Source of the DNA: Stegostoma tigrinum
Taxonomy: Eukaryota
DNA: 64,000 nucleotides
Assembly (NCBI RefSeq): GCF_030684315.1
Contig: NC_081355.1
Location: 136,581,178 to 136,645,177, forward strand
Reading direction: 5' to 3'
Of the stretch, positions 1 through 13,140 are shown in pieces. Under the pieces are notes generated by a model. It was not told where the DNA came from. It did no database searches and worked only from the letters and a program-made list of their open reading frames with translations. How positions within the stretch are numbered: position 1 is the first letter of the stretch; each line of letters opens with the position of its first letter. The position numbers were made by a program, and so were the translations under genes.

Positions 1-3000
1 CCCATAATACTATGCCATCCTCTACTGTGATCTGGTCACTCTGGGTCCAAAAAGTTTTCAGTTCTGATTGTGACAGCCCTTTGGTCTCCCCCATCACCAC
101 CAGCTGGGTTAGTTTTGCCAGGACCGGATCTTTCTGCAATTAAGGTCTGATATTGTCAGTTGTAGCACAAGTGTGTCCAGAAAATTTAAAACCATTATCG
201 TCTCTTCCCATGGTGGTACCACCAGTGGTGTATCTGTCAGTGGGAGGCAGCTCAATGCATCCACATTTGTTACTTGGCCACCTGACAGTGTTCCAATTTG
301 TAATTATATGCATTTAGTATTAGAGCCCACCACTGAATTCAGCAGAAAGCCATGGGTGACACGGCCTTGACCTTTTTATGTAGATCCAGCAGGAGTGTGT
401 GATTTGTTATTCTTACAGATTTACATCCATAAAGATAATGGCAGAACTTGCTAACTTCAAATATGACCGCTAACCTTTCTTCTCTGTGTGGATGTATTCA
501 CACTCTGTATTTGCCAAAGTATTAAATGCGTACAGTGTTGGGTGTTCATCTTCATTAGCCCATGTATGAGCAAATACTACCCCAATGCCATACTGGGAGG
601 TATCACTTGTCAATACCACATCTCACTTGTGATCATAGTGTGGCAACATCTTCGAAGATGACAGCTGTTTCTTCACTTCCACGAAAGCTGTGGCTTGGCT
701 ACACAACCATTTCCAAGGCTAAATCTTTTGTAACTGGTGATGCAAAGGTGCCAGCATGGATGCCAGGTTATGTATAGCTTTCTGTAATAATTCACCAGCC
801 CAAGAAAAGAACTAAGCTCTTGTAGAGACATGGAAGCAGGGGCATCTTTGATCGCCCTCACTTTATGTTTCAATCGGCGTAACCAGTCTTGTCGACTCTG
901 CAGCCCTAGTACGTCAATTGAGGTACAAAAACAAAGTTGCTGGAAAAGCTGAGCAGGTCTGGCAGCATCTGTGAAGGAAAAAACAGAGTTAACGTTTCGG
1001 GTCCAGTGACCCTTCCTCAGAACTGATGGTGGCTGGGAAAACATCAATTTATATGCAGAAAAAAAAGGGAGGGGTGGGGTAGGGAGTAAACGATAGGATA
1101 GAGCCAAAAGAGAGAGAAGGCAGAGGGCTGTGAGGGGGGTTTTGGGGATGAAGAAAGTGTGGGCCAGGGTGTCCCAGAGGGAACGGTCCCTGCAGAAGGT
1201 GGACAAGGGAGGGGAGGGGAATATGTGTCTGGTGGTGGCATCTTGCTGGAGGAAGTGGAAATGGCACCTGATGATCTTCGGATGTGAATGCTGGTAGGGT
1301 GATAGATAAGGTCAAGGGGAACCCTATCGCTATTGTGGGAGAGAAGACAAGGGGTGAGGGCAGAAGTGTGGGAGATGGATTGGGCCTGGTTAAGGGTCTT
1401 GTCGACCACAAAGTTGGTAATCTTCGGTTGAGGAAGAAGGTGGACATTTTGGAGGCTCCTTAATTGAAGCTGGCCTCATCTGAGCATATACGATGGAGGC
1501 AGAGGAACTGAGAGAATGAGATGGAGTCTTTACAGGAAATGGGGTGTGAGGATGTATAGTCCAGGTAGCTGTGGGAGTCAGTGGGTTTGTTGTGGATATT
1601 AGTAGCCAGTCTACCCCCAGAAATGGAAATAGAAAATGTTGAGGAAGGAAAGGAAGGAATCAGAGGTAGACGAAGTGAAAGCGAGAGGAAGGTGGAAATT
1701 GGAGGCGAAATTGACAAAGTTTTCCAATTCCGGACAAGAGAGGAAGCAGCACCAATGATATCATCGATGTATCAGAGAAAGAGTTGTGGGAGCGGGCCGA
1801 AATAGGGCTGGAACAAGGAATGTTCCACATACCCCATGAAAAGACAGACTTAAATAGGGCCACCCCTGATTTACAGCATCCACAGTTCTTTCGTTTTTTA
1901 TTTATGTCACTTGAGGTGCCTTGAACACACATTTTTTCCCTTCTGGCCCTTCTCCCTTCTGGAAGAAATATCTAAGGACCATGTCCAAGTTCTCTTAGAG
2001 CTCTTCATTGGTCTTCTCTGTTATTAGCATATCAGAGGTAAATGATGACCTCAGATAGACATTATAAAATGTTCTTCATTGTCCACTGAAAAATTGCAAT
2101 GGATGATGATACCCCAAATGGCAGTCTCATATATTGGTACAAACCTTTATGGGTATTAATTGTAGCATACTTCTGGGAATCCTTATCTAACTTCAATTAC
2201 AAGTACATATGGCTCATGTCCAGCTTGTGAAGGACAGCATCCCATGCCAGCTTTGCACATAAATCCTCTATGTGAGGGATTGGGTCTTTATTCAGCTGTG
2301 AGAAGTGATTTACCGCTTGTTTAAAATACCTAAAAAGGCAAACCGACCCATTAGGCTTCACAATTAGTACGACCAGTGCTGCCCATTCCACAAGTGCACA
2401 GGTTTAATGATTCCGCTGCTTTCCAGCCTTCGGATTTCACTTCTTTTTGCCCAGGCCTTGCAGAATCATGGAATTGCTTTTGGTCAGTATGCAAGGTGGC
2501 CTTGGCTCCTTTGACAGTCCCTAGACCTTCCTGAAACACTCCCATGTATTTAAATTAGAATTTCACACAGGCAACCACTTTCTAATTAAAAATGTTTCAG
2601 CCAGTATAGGTGAATCTTTCTAATTCAATTTTGCCCCATGAAGCTTGGCCTTGAGCTTTTACTACTATCAGTGGTAACTGAACCAGATGTTTCTCACAAG
2701 AGACTGGAACCAGAGTTGTACCCTTAATCTGTAAAACGCCCCTGGTATAAGTTCTCAGTCTATCCGAGGTCTTGTGCAAACTTAAGGGTTGGAGTCCAGA
2801 GTGAATTTTGTTAAAGACTCCATCGGTATTCACGAAATGGCCATGACAGTATCGACCTCCATCCGAGTGACCATTTAAAGTTTATTTTGAATGGTTCTGA
2901 TTTGGATGTTGCTAAGCAATTTAACTGTTCCAAAGCAGACGTAGATGGACTTTCCAGGGTGTGAGCTCTCCAGGATACAGGCTTATGAGTTCCCTTACAG

Positions 3001-3800
3001 AATTTAGGTCTGGTGGGACTCTTGCTGTCTCGAATTGGCATATAGGCAGCAACTACAATGGCTTGCCAGCCCAGATGCTGAAGAAAATTTTAACCGTTTG
3101 GCTGAGATTTAGCTTTGTTTTGATGTTTTATTGCGGGATGACCTACAGTCCCATTGTTGAGAACACAGCCTGAGTGAAGCTATGCAAATGCTTTTACTCA
3201 AGTGTCATTCCCCATGCTCAGTTGGGCTGGCGAGGGTGTCCACTTCCATCAGAGTATTCTGCATTTCATATGCTCCACTTGCTGCATTTTCCAATGATAA
3301 AGCCACTTGGAGTGCCCGTTGAAGTCCAGTTGAGCTTCAGCTAGTAGGTGCTTTTGCATAGTTATATCATTAATCCTACATACATCTCTCAGCTTCTCAT
3401 TAAGGGTTAAAGTGAAGTCATATGCCTTTGCAAGTCATCTCAACCTAGTCAAAAGTCCCAGTACAGATTCCCCTGATTCTCAAATTGCTAAGTAAAACGA
3501 ATACAATCTAAGAATTAGAGGAAGCTTAGGTCATAATATTCTTTAACTAAATCCATCAATTCTTGAAAAGAGGGAAAGTTAGGCTCCGAATAACCAAAAA
3601 AGCTGCAGATCCACAAGCTTTCAGCAAAATTACCACCTGTTTTTCATCTGCCCCAAAAAAGACACATTCTTTCTACATACAGACCCAGTCTTCGACAGCA
3701 GAATTAAATAAGTCAAACTTCCCAAATAATGACATGATGCTAGCAATCCTTCCCCCAACTCAAAGACGACTATTGCGAGCAAATTTCTTCAGGAGTGGGC
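1..3800 (-). mobile_element. Decayed Ty3/Gypsy LTR retrotransposon internal region (gag-protease-RT-RNaseH remnants)
   Basis: Minus-strand ORF fragments carry Gypsy pol motifs: 'KVRAIKDAPASMSLQELSSFLGLVNYYRK' (~775-865), 'EWAALVVLIVKPNGSVCLFRYFKQAVN...PIPHIEDLCAKLA...KLDMSHMYL' (2197-2391) and 'LRTYTRGVLQIKGTTLVPVS...LPLIVVK' (2597-2833). There are many stops and frameshifts. Confidence 0.85.
925..1902 (-). mobile_element. Penelope-like element fragment inserted into the Gypsy RT
   Basis: ORF 1460-1717(-) 'NIHNKPTDSHSYLDYTSSHPISCKDSISFSQFLCLHRICSDE' is a PLE RT C-terminal region. A hammerhead-like core lies at 988-1023(-). The flanks are imperfect direct repeats TACGTCAATTGAGGT (910-924) and TATGTCACTTGAGGT (1903-1917). 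Confidence 0.8.
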
Positions 3801-3803
3801 TTT

Positions 3804-4270
3804 TCTCTCACTGCCAATGAAATAACTCCACAAAGGATGTCAGAGGCGGGTTCTTTACACAGAGTTGTGAGAGCATGGAATGCGTTGCCGGCAGCAGTTG
3901 TGGAAGCAAGGTCATTGGGGACATTTAAGAGACTGCTGGACACGCATATGGTCACAGAAATTTGAGGGTGCATACATGAGGATCAATGGTCGGCACAACA
4001 TCGTGGGCTGAAGGGCCTGTTCTGTGCTGTACTGTTTTATGTTCTATGTTCTAAAGGCCTGTATTCCATCACCCATTCACCCTTTATTTCCACATGGAGA
4101 GTCCTTGATACTGATCCAGCTCCCCCAGAACCACGTCTCAAAGTAAACAGGATGTCTGACTCCTGATTTTATCTTTCAGCCAGGGCTCCCTAATTGGACC
4201 AGATTAACAGCCCCAGTCAAGGAACTCATTCTACAATGTTCACCTGATGGATCTTGTTACAATCACTACT
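3804..4270 (-). mobile_element. Probable 5' LTR and PBS of the Gypsy element, interrupted by a CR1 3' fragment
   Basis: On the minus strand ...TTATTTCA is followed by TTGGCAGTGAG (PBS-like TGG) just upstream of the gag-like region. The LTR identity is inferred from position only. Confidence 0.5.
3836..4032 (+). mobile_element. CR1 LINE 3' end
   Basis: Nearly identical to 28880-29100 and ends in (TTCTATG)n. Confidence 0.9.
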
Positions 4271-4599
4271 AAATGCTTTAATTAATTAAAGAAAGGTACT
4301 TATATTATTGTTGGGATCCAACTGTTGGTCTTAGTTTGAAACACAAATGCATACATTCAAGTTAAAACATTTCAAAGTTCGTATGATAGAGAAACAAATG
4401 CATCCTCTATTGTGTAAAAGCATAGTATACCAGAATATCAACCAGGTAACCTTGCAAAACAAGAATAAAGAAAAAAGGCAGAGTAAAAAATTAAATGAGA
4501 CAGGCTCAAATGAATAATTACGGAACTGCAATAAATATGGCAGGATAACTGGTTCCATGGTAGCACAGGGCAGGAGTGGACGGGCATGGTGGGCAGATC

Positions 4600-5500
4600 T
4601 TTAGTATCAATGATAACCATTATCACAACAGAACTTGAATATAAGACCAAAGAAGTCTTGCTTCAGTTATGCAGAACATCAGTGATACCGCACCTGGAGT
4701 ACTGCGTGCAATTCTGCTCTTTTACCTCAGGAAGAAAATACAAGGAGGTTGTGGTGCAGCAGTAATGTGACTGGACTAGTCATCCAGAATCCCAAGCTAT
4801 GTTCTGAGACATGGCATTGAATTCCACATCGGCAGATGGTGTTATGTGAATTGAATAAAATCTGGAATAGAGAAAGTGAGCCCATGGCAACCATGTAACT
4901 ACAATCAGTTACCCTAAAAACCCATCTGGTTCATGAATGTTCTTTAGGAAAGGAGATCTGCTATCCTTACATGATCTGGTCTGGATGTGACTCCAAACCC
5001 ACAGCTAATTAGGAATGTACAATAAATGCTAGTCTAGTCAGCAACAACCACATCCCATGAACAAATAAAAAAAAATGTCTTTCAGGGAGTGCAGTAGAGG
5101 CTTACTACACCAATTTTTAGGATGGTGGGACTGTCCTGTGAAGAGAGATTGAGGAGACTAGACCTATATTCTCTTGAATTCAGAAAAATAAAAGGTAGTC
5201 TCAGAAACATACAAAATGCTTCAGGGAAGACAGTGTAGATGCAGATAGGATGTTCTACCTGGCTGTGAGAAGTAGAACCGGGAAACACAGTTTCAGGATA
5301 AAAGGCAAGCCATTTAAGGACTGAAATGAGGGATGAAGGCTCATGCAGAGGATGGCCAATCCTTGGAATTTTCTCTACCAGGAAGTGGTGAAAATTTAGC
5401 CATTATGTAAGCTCAAAACAGGGTACAATAAATTTCTAGCTATGAAAGATATCAAGAGATATGGGCATCATGCCGGAACATGACATTGAAGTAGCTGATC
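4600..5500 (+). mobile_element. Old CR1 LINE 3' fragment interrupted by a SINE
   Basis: Degenerate 'PHLEYCVQF' coding sequence (ccgcacctggagtactgcgtgcaattc) at ~4688; CR1-like sequence resumes at ~5080. Confidence 0.7.
4745..5072 (+). mobile_element. tRNA-derived SINE (SacSINE1/DeuSINE-like family; name from recollection)
   Basis: Shared core CCCATCTGGTTCA..TGTCCTTTAGGGAAGGAAATCTGCC.TCCTTACCTGGTCTGG and an A-rich tail. Related copies lie at 10275, 13955, 18710 and 40035. Confidence 0.7.
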
Positions 5501-5757
5501 AAGGCTTCTGCTGCATCCAATACTCTCAACTGCTTCCCAGTGTCTTGCAAAATTGAAACAATTGATAGAAAATAAAGTCAGTATTAATAACACTGTGTTA
5601 CACAAAATTATTATTTTTTTAAATTAACCATCAATGCTCATTAAGAGAGGTGGTTTTGATGTATTAACCTGACATTCAGCCTATTTTAGGGAACAAAGAA
5701 TAGAATGTAACTTGTGTTAAACAATTTTATTATTACAGCAACTCACAATATACTCAC

Positions 5758-5829
5758 AGATATTCTGCACCTGGATAAAATAACCAGTCGTCTTTCCATA
5801 TGAATGAAACGTTGTTATCTCGAAAATCC
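5758..5829 (-). CDS. LRRC37-like LRR protein, coding exon 2 (one 24-aa LRR)
   Basis: 72-nt exon, ctttag|G GAT TTT CGA GAT AAC AAC...GAA TAT CT|gtgagt = (L)DFRDNNVSFIWKDDWLFYPGAEYL. Phase 2-2 matches the exon 1 donor and it fits the LxLxxNxL pattern. Confidence 0.85.
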
Positions 5830-6359
5830 CTAAAGTGAAAATATATATTGTAAGACATCGCAGGCCGACCAAACATCAATATTGAATGTAAGTGGTTAAA
5901 CAATTCAAGTTTAGTTTATTGCATTTTTCACATGCCCCAAATTTCCAAGTTTGCTTTTCTAAAGCTATTTTGATCCTTATAAAACATGTATCATTGTATC
6001 CTCTGCAATCCAAGTAGTGGTGCAATTCTACAATACTTGCATGACATCAGTGCGGGGTTCTCCACCCAGCAGCGAGCCTCATGACCAGTGCGGCATCCAG
6101 ACTGCTGAAAACAATCCAGGGGGATGCTCCACAACCAGCCAAGCCTTAGGCATGTAAGGTCACAATGTATGAGGATGGGTTGGGTTTAGTAAATGTGGAA
6201 TAATCAGTAGCAACGCTAATTGACCTTGTTGTGCATGGCCAGTTCATTTCAATAGACAATAACTTTATATACCACAGATAGACTGTTCCTTTTTAAGCTA
6301 CTCAATGAGAAAATGTGCACTGTCCGTTATGCTGCTGCCCATCATGTCCAGTTTAGCCA

Positions 6360-6620
6360 TTAGAGTAAAGGGAAGACCTTTTAGAACGGAGATAAAGAGA
6401 AATTTCTTCAACCAGAGTGGTGATTCATTGCAACAGAACGTGGTGGGGGCCAGGTCATTGAGTACATTTAAGGCTGAGATAGATAGGTTCTTGATTATCA
6501 AGGGATCAAGGGCTACGGGGAGAAAGCAGGAGAATGGGGGTTGAGGAACTTATCAGCCATGATTGAATGGTAGAGCAGACTCGTTGGGCTGAATGACCTA
6601 ATTTCTGCACCTACTTCTTA
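6360..6620 (+). mobile_element. CR1 LINE 3' end
   Basis: 'RVKGRPFRTEIKRNFF...ARSLSTFKAEIDRFL' is the CR1 ORF2 C-terminus, followed by the CR1 3' UTR. Confidence 0.85.
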
Positions 6621-7739
6621 TTGTCATTAAGTTGACCAGCTGAGAGAACAGTGATGATGGTGGTGGAGGCGGAAAGAGACTGGTAAGGCAAACAAGCTAG
6701 ATCCAGCCCTGAGCTCCAGAAATTCCCTCTCAGCATCTCTTAACCTCTCTTATTTTTCTCCTTCGCAACACTTCTTAAAATTCTACTTCTTCGACCAAGC
6801 TTTAGATCATCTACCTTTCCATCTTTATGTGCCAGTGCCATATTTTCTTTTATAACAGCTAGGTGAAGTGCCTTGAGACACTTCATTGCCATAAAGGCAC
6901 TTTATAAATACAAGTTATGTTGACTACCAATTTATCAACCATTACTGTATAAATCTGGGTTGCATGGCTTACTATCATATAATCTAGCTCATTTATTTAT
7001 TAAGCCAAACCTAAAATAATACAGTTCACAACAGCAAAAGTGACCAAGCTTTTGCTGTAGTGAAACATGTTTGTCCATGCTACAATTAGTGAGATGTGCA
7101 GAAAAGTTCCGTCATTAAATTGAGCCATTTTACTTCCAAAGGCATTGAACTCTTATTTCCTATGGATGAGAAGTGTTTCATCAAAGCCATCTAGACTCAA
7201 ACTGTTACATTGTTCACTCTCCATGGATGCTGCCTGACTCGCTGTGGTCTCCAGCATTTGATGTTTCAATACAGATTCCAGCATCTGCAGTAATTTGCTT
7301 CTAAACTCTTATACTGTTTGCACTTCAGAATCTCAAGCTAAATTTTTTTCATTTTCTCATCATATTGCTCCTTTTGTCATTTGCCCAGATCTATCGTACA
7401 GTAACTTAGTGAGCAATCTCTATGCATTTGGGGAACACTCCCTTCACAGCTTGCTGGACCTGCTGAATATTTCCAGAATTTTCTGTTTATATTTCCAGCA
7501 GCTGCAATGATTTGCTTTTGTTTTATATTATTCAGTTTCTGAGCTAAAGAACCATTAAACACAGTCACATATTCTTCTTTGCTTTAAATATTTATTCACT
7601 TTGCCTTGAAAGAGCACTCCTTGCATCAAATAATTTTATGTTCCTGAAACATCACTGCAAAACTAAATTTCACCTCACCCTTTACTCCCGACTTGGTAAT
7701 AATTCCAAAATCAATTACCCTCATGGGCTGCTTAACAGT

Positions 7740-7950
7740 AGGAACTGCCGATACTGGAGAATCTGAGATAACAAGGTGCAGAGCTGGATGAACACAGGCC
7801 AAGCAGAATGAGGGGAGCAGGAAAGCTGATGTTTCGGGTCTAGGCCCTTCTTCAGAAGATTTTTCTGGGTTTAGACCCGAAACGGCAGCTTTCCTGCTCC
7901 TCTGATACTGCTTGGCCTGTTATGTCTATCCAGCTCTACACCTTGTAATT
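7740..7950. mobile_element. Miniature palindromic Penelope-derived element (two inverted 3' termini)
   Basis: ACAAGGTGCAGAGCTGGATG...GTTTCGGGTCTAGGCCC is inverted against GGGTTTAGACCCGAAAC...ATCCAGCTCTACACCTTGT and is homologous to the ends of 26534-27960. Confidence 0.8.
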
Positions 7951-8814
7951 TCATAAGTAAACATAATTCTTTACCATCCCCAGAACCCCATTAAATCTCC
8001 TTTTAGCTTTTTTTTGCCTCAGTGTACACTTTCATCTATATTTTCATCTAAAATGTAATGTCATTCTCATCTATATTCAACTGAATGTTCTCTTTGTTAA
8101 TTTTCTCCTGAAACTTTTTACAATGTTCCTCACCTCCAATCTCCAATTTTATACCATCGATAAATTTCAAGGTGGTATTAACAGTACCCAAATAACACAT
8201 GAATACCATGAACAAAAGTGCTCCACCAACTAAATGATATCATTTCCAAACCATCACCACTTGTCACAGCATTAATTTATCCTAATTTCAAACTATCTTA
8301 CATTTAAATAGAGTCTTTAAGACAGAAACTTGTCCCAATATGTTTAATAGAGACTAAGGAAAACAGATGCTGAATCAAAGATCAAAATTAGGAGAAGTGA
8401 ACTAGAACTTAGTCAAAGAACCTTTAAAGTAAGTGAAATGCTTAAAAAAAGGAATCAGCGCAATGTGCAAAGGAGGGAGAGTTGAATGTCTGAAGGAAGA
8501 TAGGGAAGGTGAGACGATGGAGGAATTTAGAATGAAGAATGAGAATTTTAGAATGAAAGCATTTATGGTGACTGGCATCCTACCTGGTTTGCCAATTAAT
8601 GTGTGGTGAGAGAGCATTTGATGCAAGTTAGGATCCAGATATCGGGAGTTTGGATGAATTAACATTTATGGAAAATGTAGTCTGGGAAGCCATTAGTGCA
8701 ACAATTTTCCTATCATGCTGCTACATTTCCTCTTGCATCAAACATTGTATTTTGTAGCAAACCTTTTATGAAGCACTTCATTGAATGCCTTCTGCAAATC
8801 TGTATCCATATATT

Positions 8815-9345
8815 TTCTTTAGAGTGGAGAATACTGAGAGGAGATCTGCTGGAGGTGATCAAAGTTCTGAGGGGTATAGACAGGGTAGACAGGAGAGACT
8901 AAAACACAAATTGCTGGAAAACTGTGCAGCAACTGTGGGGAGAAGTTAACATTTCAGGTCCAATGACCCTTACTCAGAACTGATGGTCACTAGGTAGCTA
9001 GGACAGTGGATAGCAAGTGAGATTTCCCCTTAGTAAAGGGATCCATATTAAAGGGGCACAGTTTTAAAAATAAGAAGCAAGAAGTTTACAGAAGATTTGA
9101 GGATTTTCTTTGCATCCAGAAGGTTGTAGGTATCTGGAACCCACTGCCTAAAAGGATGGCTGAGGCAGGAACCCACAAGACATCTCAAAATATTTAGGTG
9201 ATTACTCGAAACATCGCAGCACACAAGGCTACAGGTCAAGTGCTGGAAGATGCGATTAGTATACATGAATGCTTGATGGTGTTTGATGACCAGTGCGGAT
9301 AGGCCAAAAGCCTCCTTCAGTACGGTAAACACTCTATGATTCTGT
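8815..9345 (+). mobile_element. CR1 3' fragment with a Penelope-terminus insertion at ~8900-8990
   Basis: 'FSLEWRILRGDLLEVIKVLRGIDRVD' is CR1. The insert resembles 930-1030. Confidence 0.7.
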
Positions 9346-9844
9346 ATCTACTGCATTCTATTTATAATCATCCAGTCATTCACTCCTTCAAACAGCAATG
9401 TGTTTTATTCTCAGATAATGAAACAATCCATGTCTGTGCCCAGAAATAGTTGGATAACGCTCATAATTGGATTAGTGAGTGCCAAGTGACGGACACACTA
9501 CACAATGTATAAGAAAGTGGGCCATGACCTCTTTAGCAAGATCAAGTAAAGATAGACCATACATGTTGGTCTCATCACCCATGCACACAATCTAGGATTG
9601 GATAAATAAGAAAAACTGCAAACATGAGATCACTACACCAATCAGATCAAGATAGTGAATAGTCTGCATCACATTTCTCAATTTTTATTTGTGATATTAT
9701 CAAAAGTGATTGCTTGTATTTTACAAACTACACACACTTACTTGTCAACTATCTGGATAATTTAACAGTGAACATAATATTTGCACTGAAACCCCTATCG
9801 TTTTATTTCAGTTCGCTAGTGATAATGCTTGAAGTGCCGTTAGG

Positions 9845-10265
9845 ACCATGTTCATTGGAATTTTGAAGAATGAGAGGAGATCTCATCAACACTTATAAAA
9901 TTCTGACAAGACTACTCTATGTAGATGCCAGAAGAATGTTCCCATTGACAGGCGAGTCCAGATCCAGGGGTCTTATTCTAAAGATACAGGGTAGGCCATT
10001 TAGGATTGAGATGAGAAGAAATCTCTTTACCCAGAGAATAGTCAGAATGTGAAATTTGCTTCGACGGAAAGAAATTGAGGCCAAAACACTGAATGTTTTT
10101 AAGAAAGAGATAGATGTAGACCTTAAGGCTACAGGGATCAAAGGTTTTGAGGCAAAAGCATGAACAGGATACAAAGTTGGATGATCGGCCATGATCATAT
10201 TGAATGGCACAGCAGGAGTGAAGGGCTGCATGGATTATCCCTGCTCCTTTTCTCTACGTTTCTAT
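9845..10265 (+). mobile_element. CR1 LINE 3' end
   Basis: 'MRGDLINTYKILT...RMFPLTGESRSRG...KIQGRPFRIEMRRNLFTQR'. Confidence 0.85.
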
Positions 10266-10274
10266 AATACTGCT

Positions 10275-10640
10275 GATAGGGTAGTAATACCACTTGGTTT
10301 GTAATGTGGAGAACTAGGCTAATGTTCTGGGGATATGAGTTTGAATCACACCACACCAGATGGTGACCATTAAATTAAATTAATAAATCTGGAATTAAAA
10401 GATAATCTAATGGATAACAGGAAACCATTGTCAATTGCCCTAAAAATAACCCTTTAGGAAAGAAAATCTGCCATCCTTACCTGGTCTGGGCTACATGTGA
10501 TTCCAGACCCACAGCAATGTGCTGGACTCCTAAATACTCTCTGAAATGCCTAGCAAGCCACTCAGTTCAAGGACAATTTGGAATGGGCAGCAAATATTGC
10601 TTTGTCAGCAATGCCCACATCCCAAAAGACATTTTTAAAA
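10275..10640 (+). mobile_element. tRNA-derived SINE (same family as 4745-5072)
   Basis: Core CCTTTAGGAAAGAAAATCTGCCATCCTTACCTGGTCTGG. Confidence 0.75.
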
Positions 10641-11619
10641 GTCCCAGGCGCTTTTCCACAACTTAAAGATGTTCCAGAGTAAAACACATATAAAGCCACA
10701 CCTGTATAGTGCTTCAGTAGCACTTAACTGCACTGTATGTGATGTCAAAGTACTGTAATTGATTTAGAGAATAAAACAGACATATTAGGAGAGAAAGAAA
10801 GAGAATTAATATTGCAAATCACAAACTGTGGGCAATTTTGGACATTGAAAGTAGGCCATTAGTCACTAGTAAGAATGAGATATAGCAGGACTGGATGCAT
10901 ATGGGAACTAAGAGTGGCTATGAGCTATCAGAATATTGTTGAAAGGAAGGATTGGCATCTCTGTTGAAGCCTCCGATAATGGATGTTGGTCATAAGGACA
11001 AGATAATTCTCGAGTGTGATAATACGCCCCTTTATTTTGCCAAGATTGGAATACACCCAGCAGTCAACTAAGTGATGTGAGCCTGGGACTTGAAGGAGTC
11101 AGAGCTCTAAAGATGTGTCATCCCCACAATCAGACAATAAGATGACTGTGGAGTTAAATTCAATGACTTTGAATTGTGTAAAAAGATGTCAAGAAGGGAA
11201 TTCAGGAGATGATAAGAAGAGCAGACAGGAGCTGAGCCACAGAATGCAAGGTTGCATATGATTTTTCCACAAGCCATAAGGTAGATGATAAACTCTCAAC
11301 TTTATCGTCCAATGTTACTATTCAGACATCAAGTCTTGCTTGGGCTGAACAAAGTTTAATCATTATTACCAAATGTGGTTGAGGTTGAATCATTGGGTAT
11401 CAGGGTCTCTCAAAATCTAACAGATTGGCAAATGGCACAGAAACAGATCATTCAGCCCAACCAGCTCATGCTTGTGTCTACGTTGCACTTAAACTCCTCT
11501 TTTTCTTGCATAAGTCCATATATCCCCATTTCCTTCATTTGCTTGCCTGGTTTCCCCTTAAATGCATCTAGATTATTGATTTCATCCACTCCACATACAG
11601 ACTGACAAAGCCTTTGTAC

Positions 11620-12450
11620 CACTTAACATAGGAAGGTAATTAGCAGCAGGCCCTTCTGAGCCCACTCCACCATTTAATGGGTTCATGGCTGATTTTATCC
11701 TGGTCTCAACTCTACTTTCCTGCCTGTTCCCCATAGCTTTTATCCTGCTTTTCATCAGAAATATATCTACTTCTTTCTTGAATCTGTTGATTGATTCTGT
11801 CTCCATTGCACTCTAGGACAGCGAGTTCCACAGATTCACAACCCTCTGAGAGAAGTAGTTTCTTCTCAACTCTGCTCTGAACCAATCTCTTCTCACTGTA
11901 AATCTGTGAGCTCTTATTCAAGACTGTCCCACAAGGAGGAACATCTGTTTAACATTCACTTTATCAATGCCCTTTAGCATTTTAGATAGCTCAATCACAT
12001 TCCCCCTCATTCTTCTGAACTCTAGCAAGTACATGCCCAAGCTACTCATCTGCTCCTCATACGACAGCCCTTTCATCACTGGAATCAATTTGGTGAATCT
12101 CCACTGAGCTACCTCCAGTGCCAACATAAACTCCCTGAGGTAAGGAGACCAAAACTGCTCACAATACTCCAGGTGTGGTCTCACCAATACCCCAGGTGTG
12201 GTCTCATTAATACCTTGTATAATTGTAACAACACTTCTTTACTGTTATAATCCTTTCTCATTGTGTGTTGCAAATGTCACTTTCTGTGATTCATGCACAA
12301 AGACACCTAGATCCCTCTGCACTGACACACTTTGAATCTGCTTCCCATTTAAATGATAATTTGCCCTTTTGTTTTTCCAAAGAGGACAATCTCACACTTA
12401 TCCATGTTAAACTTCATCTGCTAGACTCTGGTCCATTCGCCTGGCCTTAA
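11620..12450 (-). mobile_element. CR1 LINE 3' fragment
   Basis: ORF 11918-12187(-) 'VRPHLEYCEQFWSPYLR...RRMRGNVIELSKMLKGIDKV'. Confidence 0.9.
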
Positions 12451-12924
12451 ATAGCTTTGAAGTAAAGACCCACAATTTTCTATATGAATAGACTGTTGTA
12501 AAGGGATTCACAAACAGATTCATCACAAGGATTTAACCATGATGTGTACCTTTGATGTAGGTAAAATATGGTTCTGTAGTATTGTAGCACCATCAAAGAT
12601 TGCCTTTTTTTCTCTGATCAACCTGTTCAGGCAATCTGTAATAGATGGGACTTGGACTTGAACCTCCTATAACCTTCTGGCTCAGAGGTAAGGATGCCAC
12701 GGTTTTGCCATAAGAGCCCCTCTAAGGCAAACTTGTTCAATTAGATTTTGCCTGTCAACCTTTAATTGATAGGATCTTGCACAGATGACTTTCTCACTCC
12801 ACTGAAATTAGATTTCCTCACACTTATTTTTCATACTCTGAACTGCTTCCCACAACTACTGCCCCAAATGTTTGCATACTGACTCTTGATCCTTTTAACC
12901 TAACTCATTCCCAACAGGTAAAAT

Positions 12925-13140
12925 TAAAGTCACTATAAGTCCCAGAGGATTGCTCTGTCATTAAAGGGACACGACTGGTGGTGAGTATAACCTGAGGGTC
13001 ACCATGCCTCAGGCGAGGGGCAAGATTAAGAAGCAAGGACCTTCATGGTAACCTCAGCCTGTACGGGAATTGAACCCACACTGTTGGAATCACTCTCCAT
13101 CACAATCCAGCTGGCCAGGCAAATGAGCTAACTAACCCCT
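12925..13140 (-). mobile_element. tRNA-derived SINE (second family)
   Basis: The minus strand begins AGGGGTTAGTTAGCTCATTTG (A-box-like) and contains GGGTTCAATTCCC (B-box). A related partial copy lies at ~30260-30345(+). Confidence 0.65.

Noticed and set aside
13050-13140. tRNA-like A/B boxes (also at 30260 and 39540)
   Set aside because: No cloverleaf; these are SINE heads, not tRNA genes.
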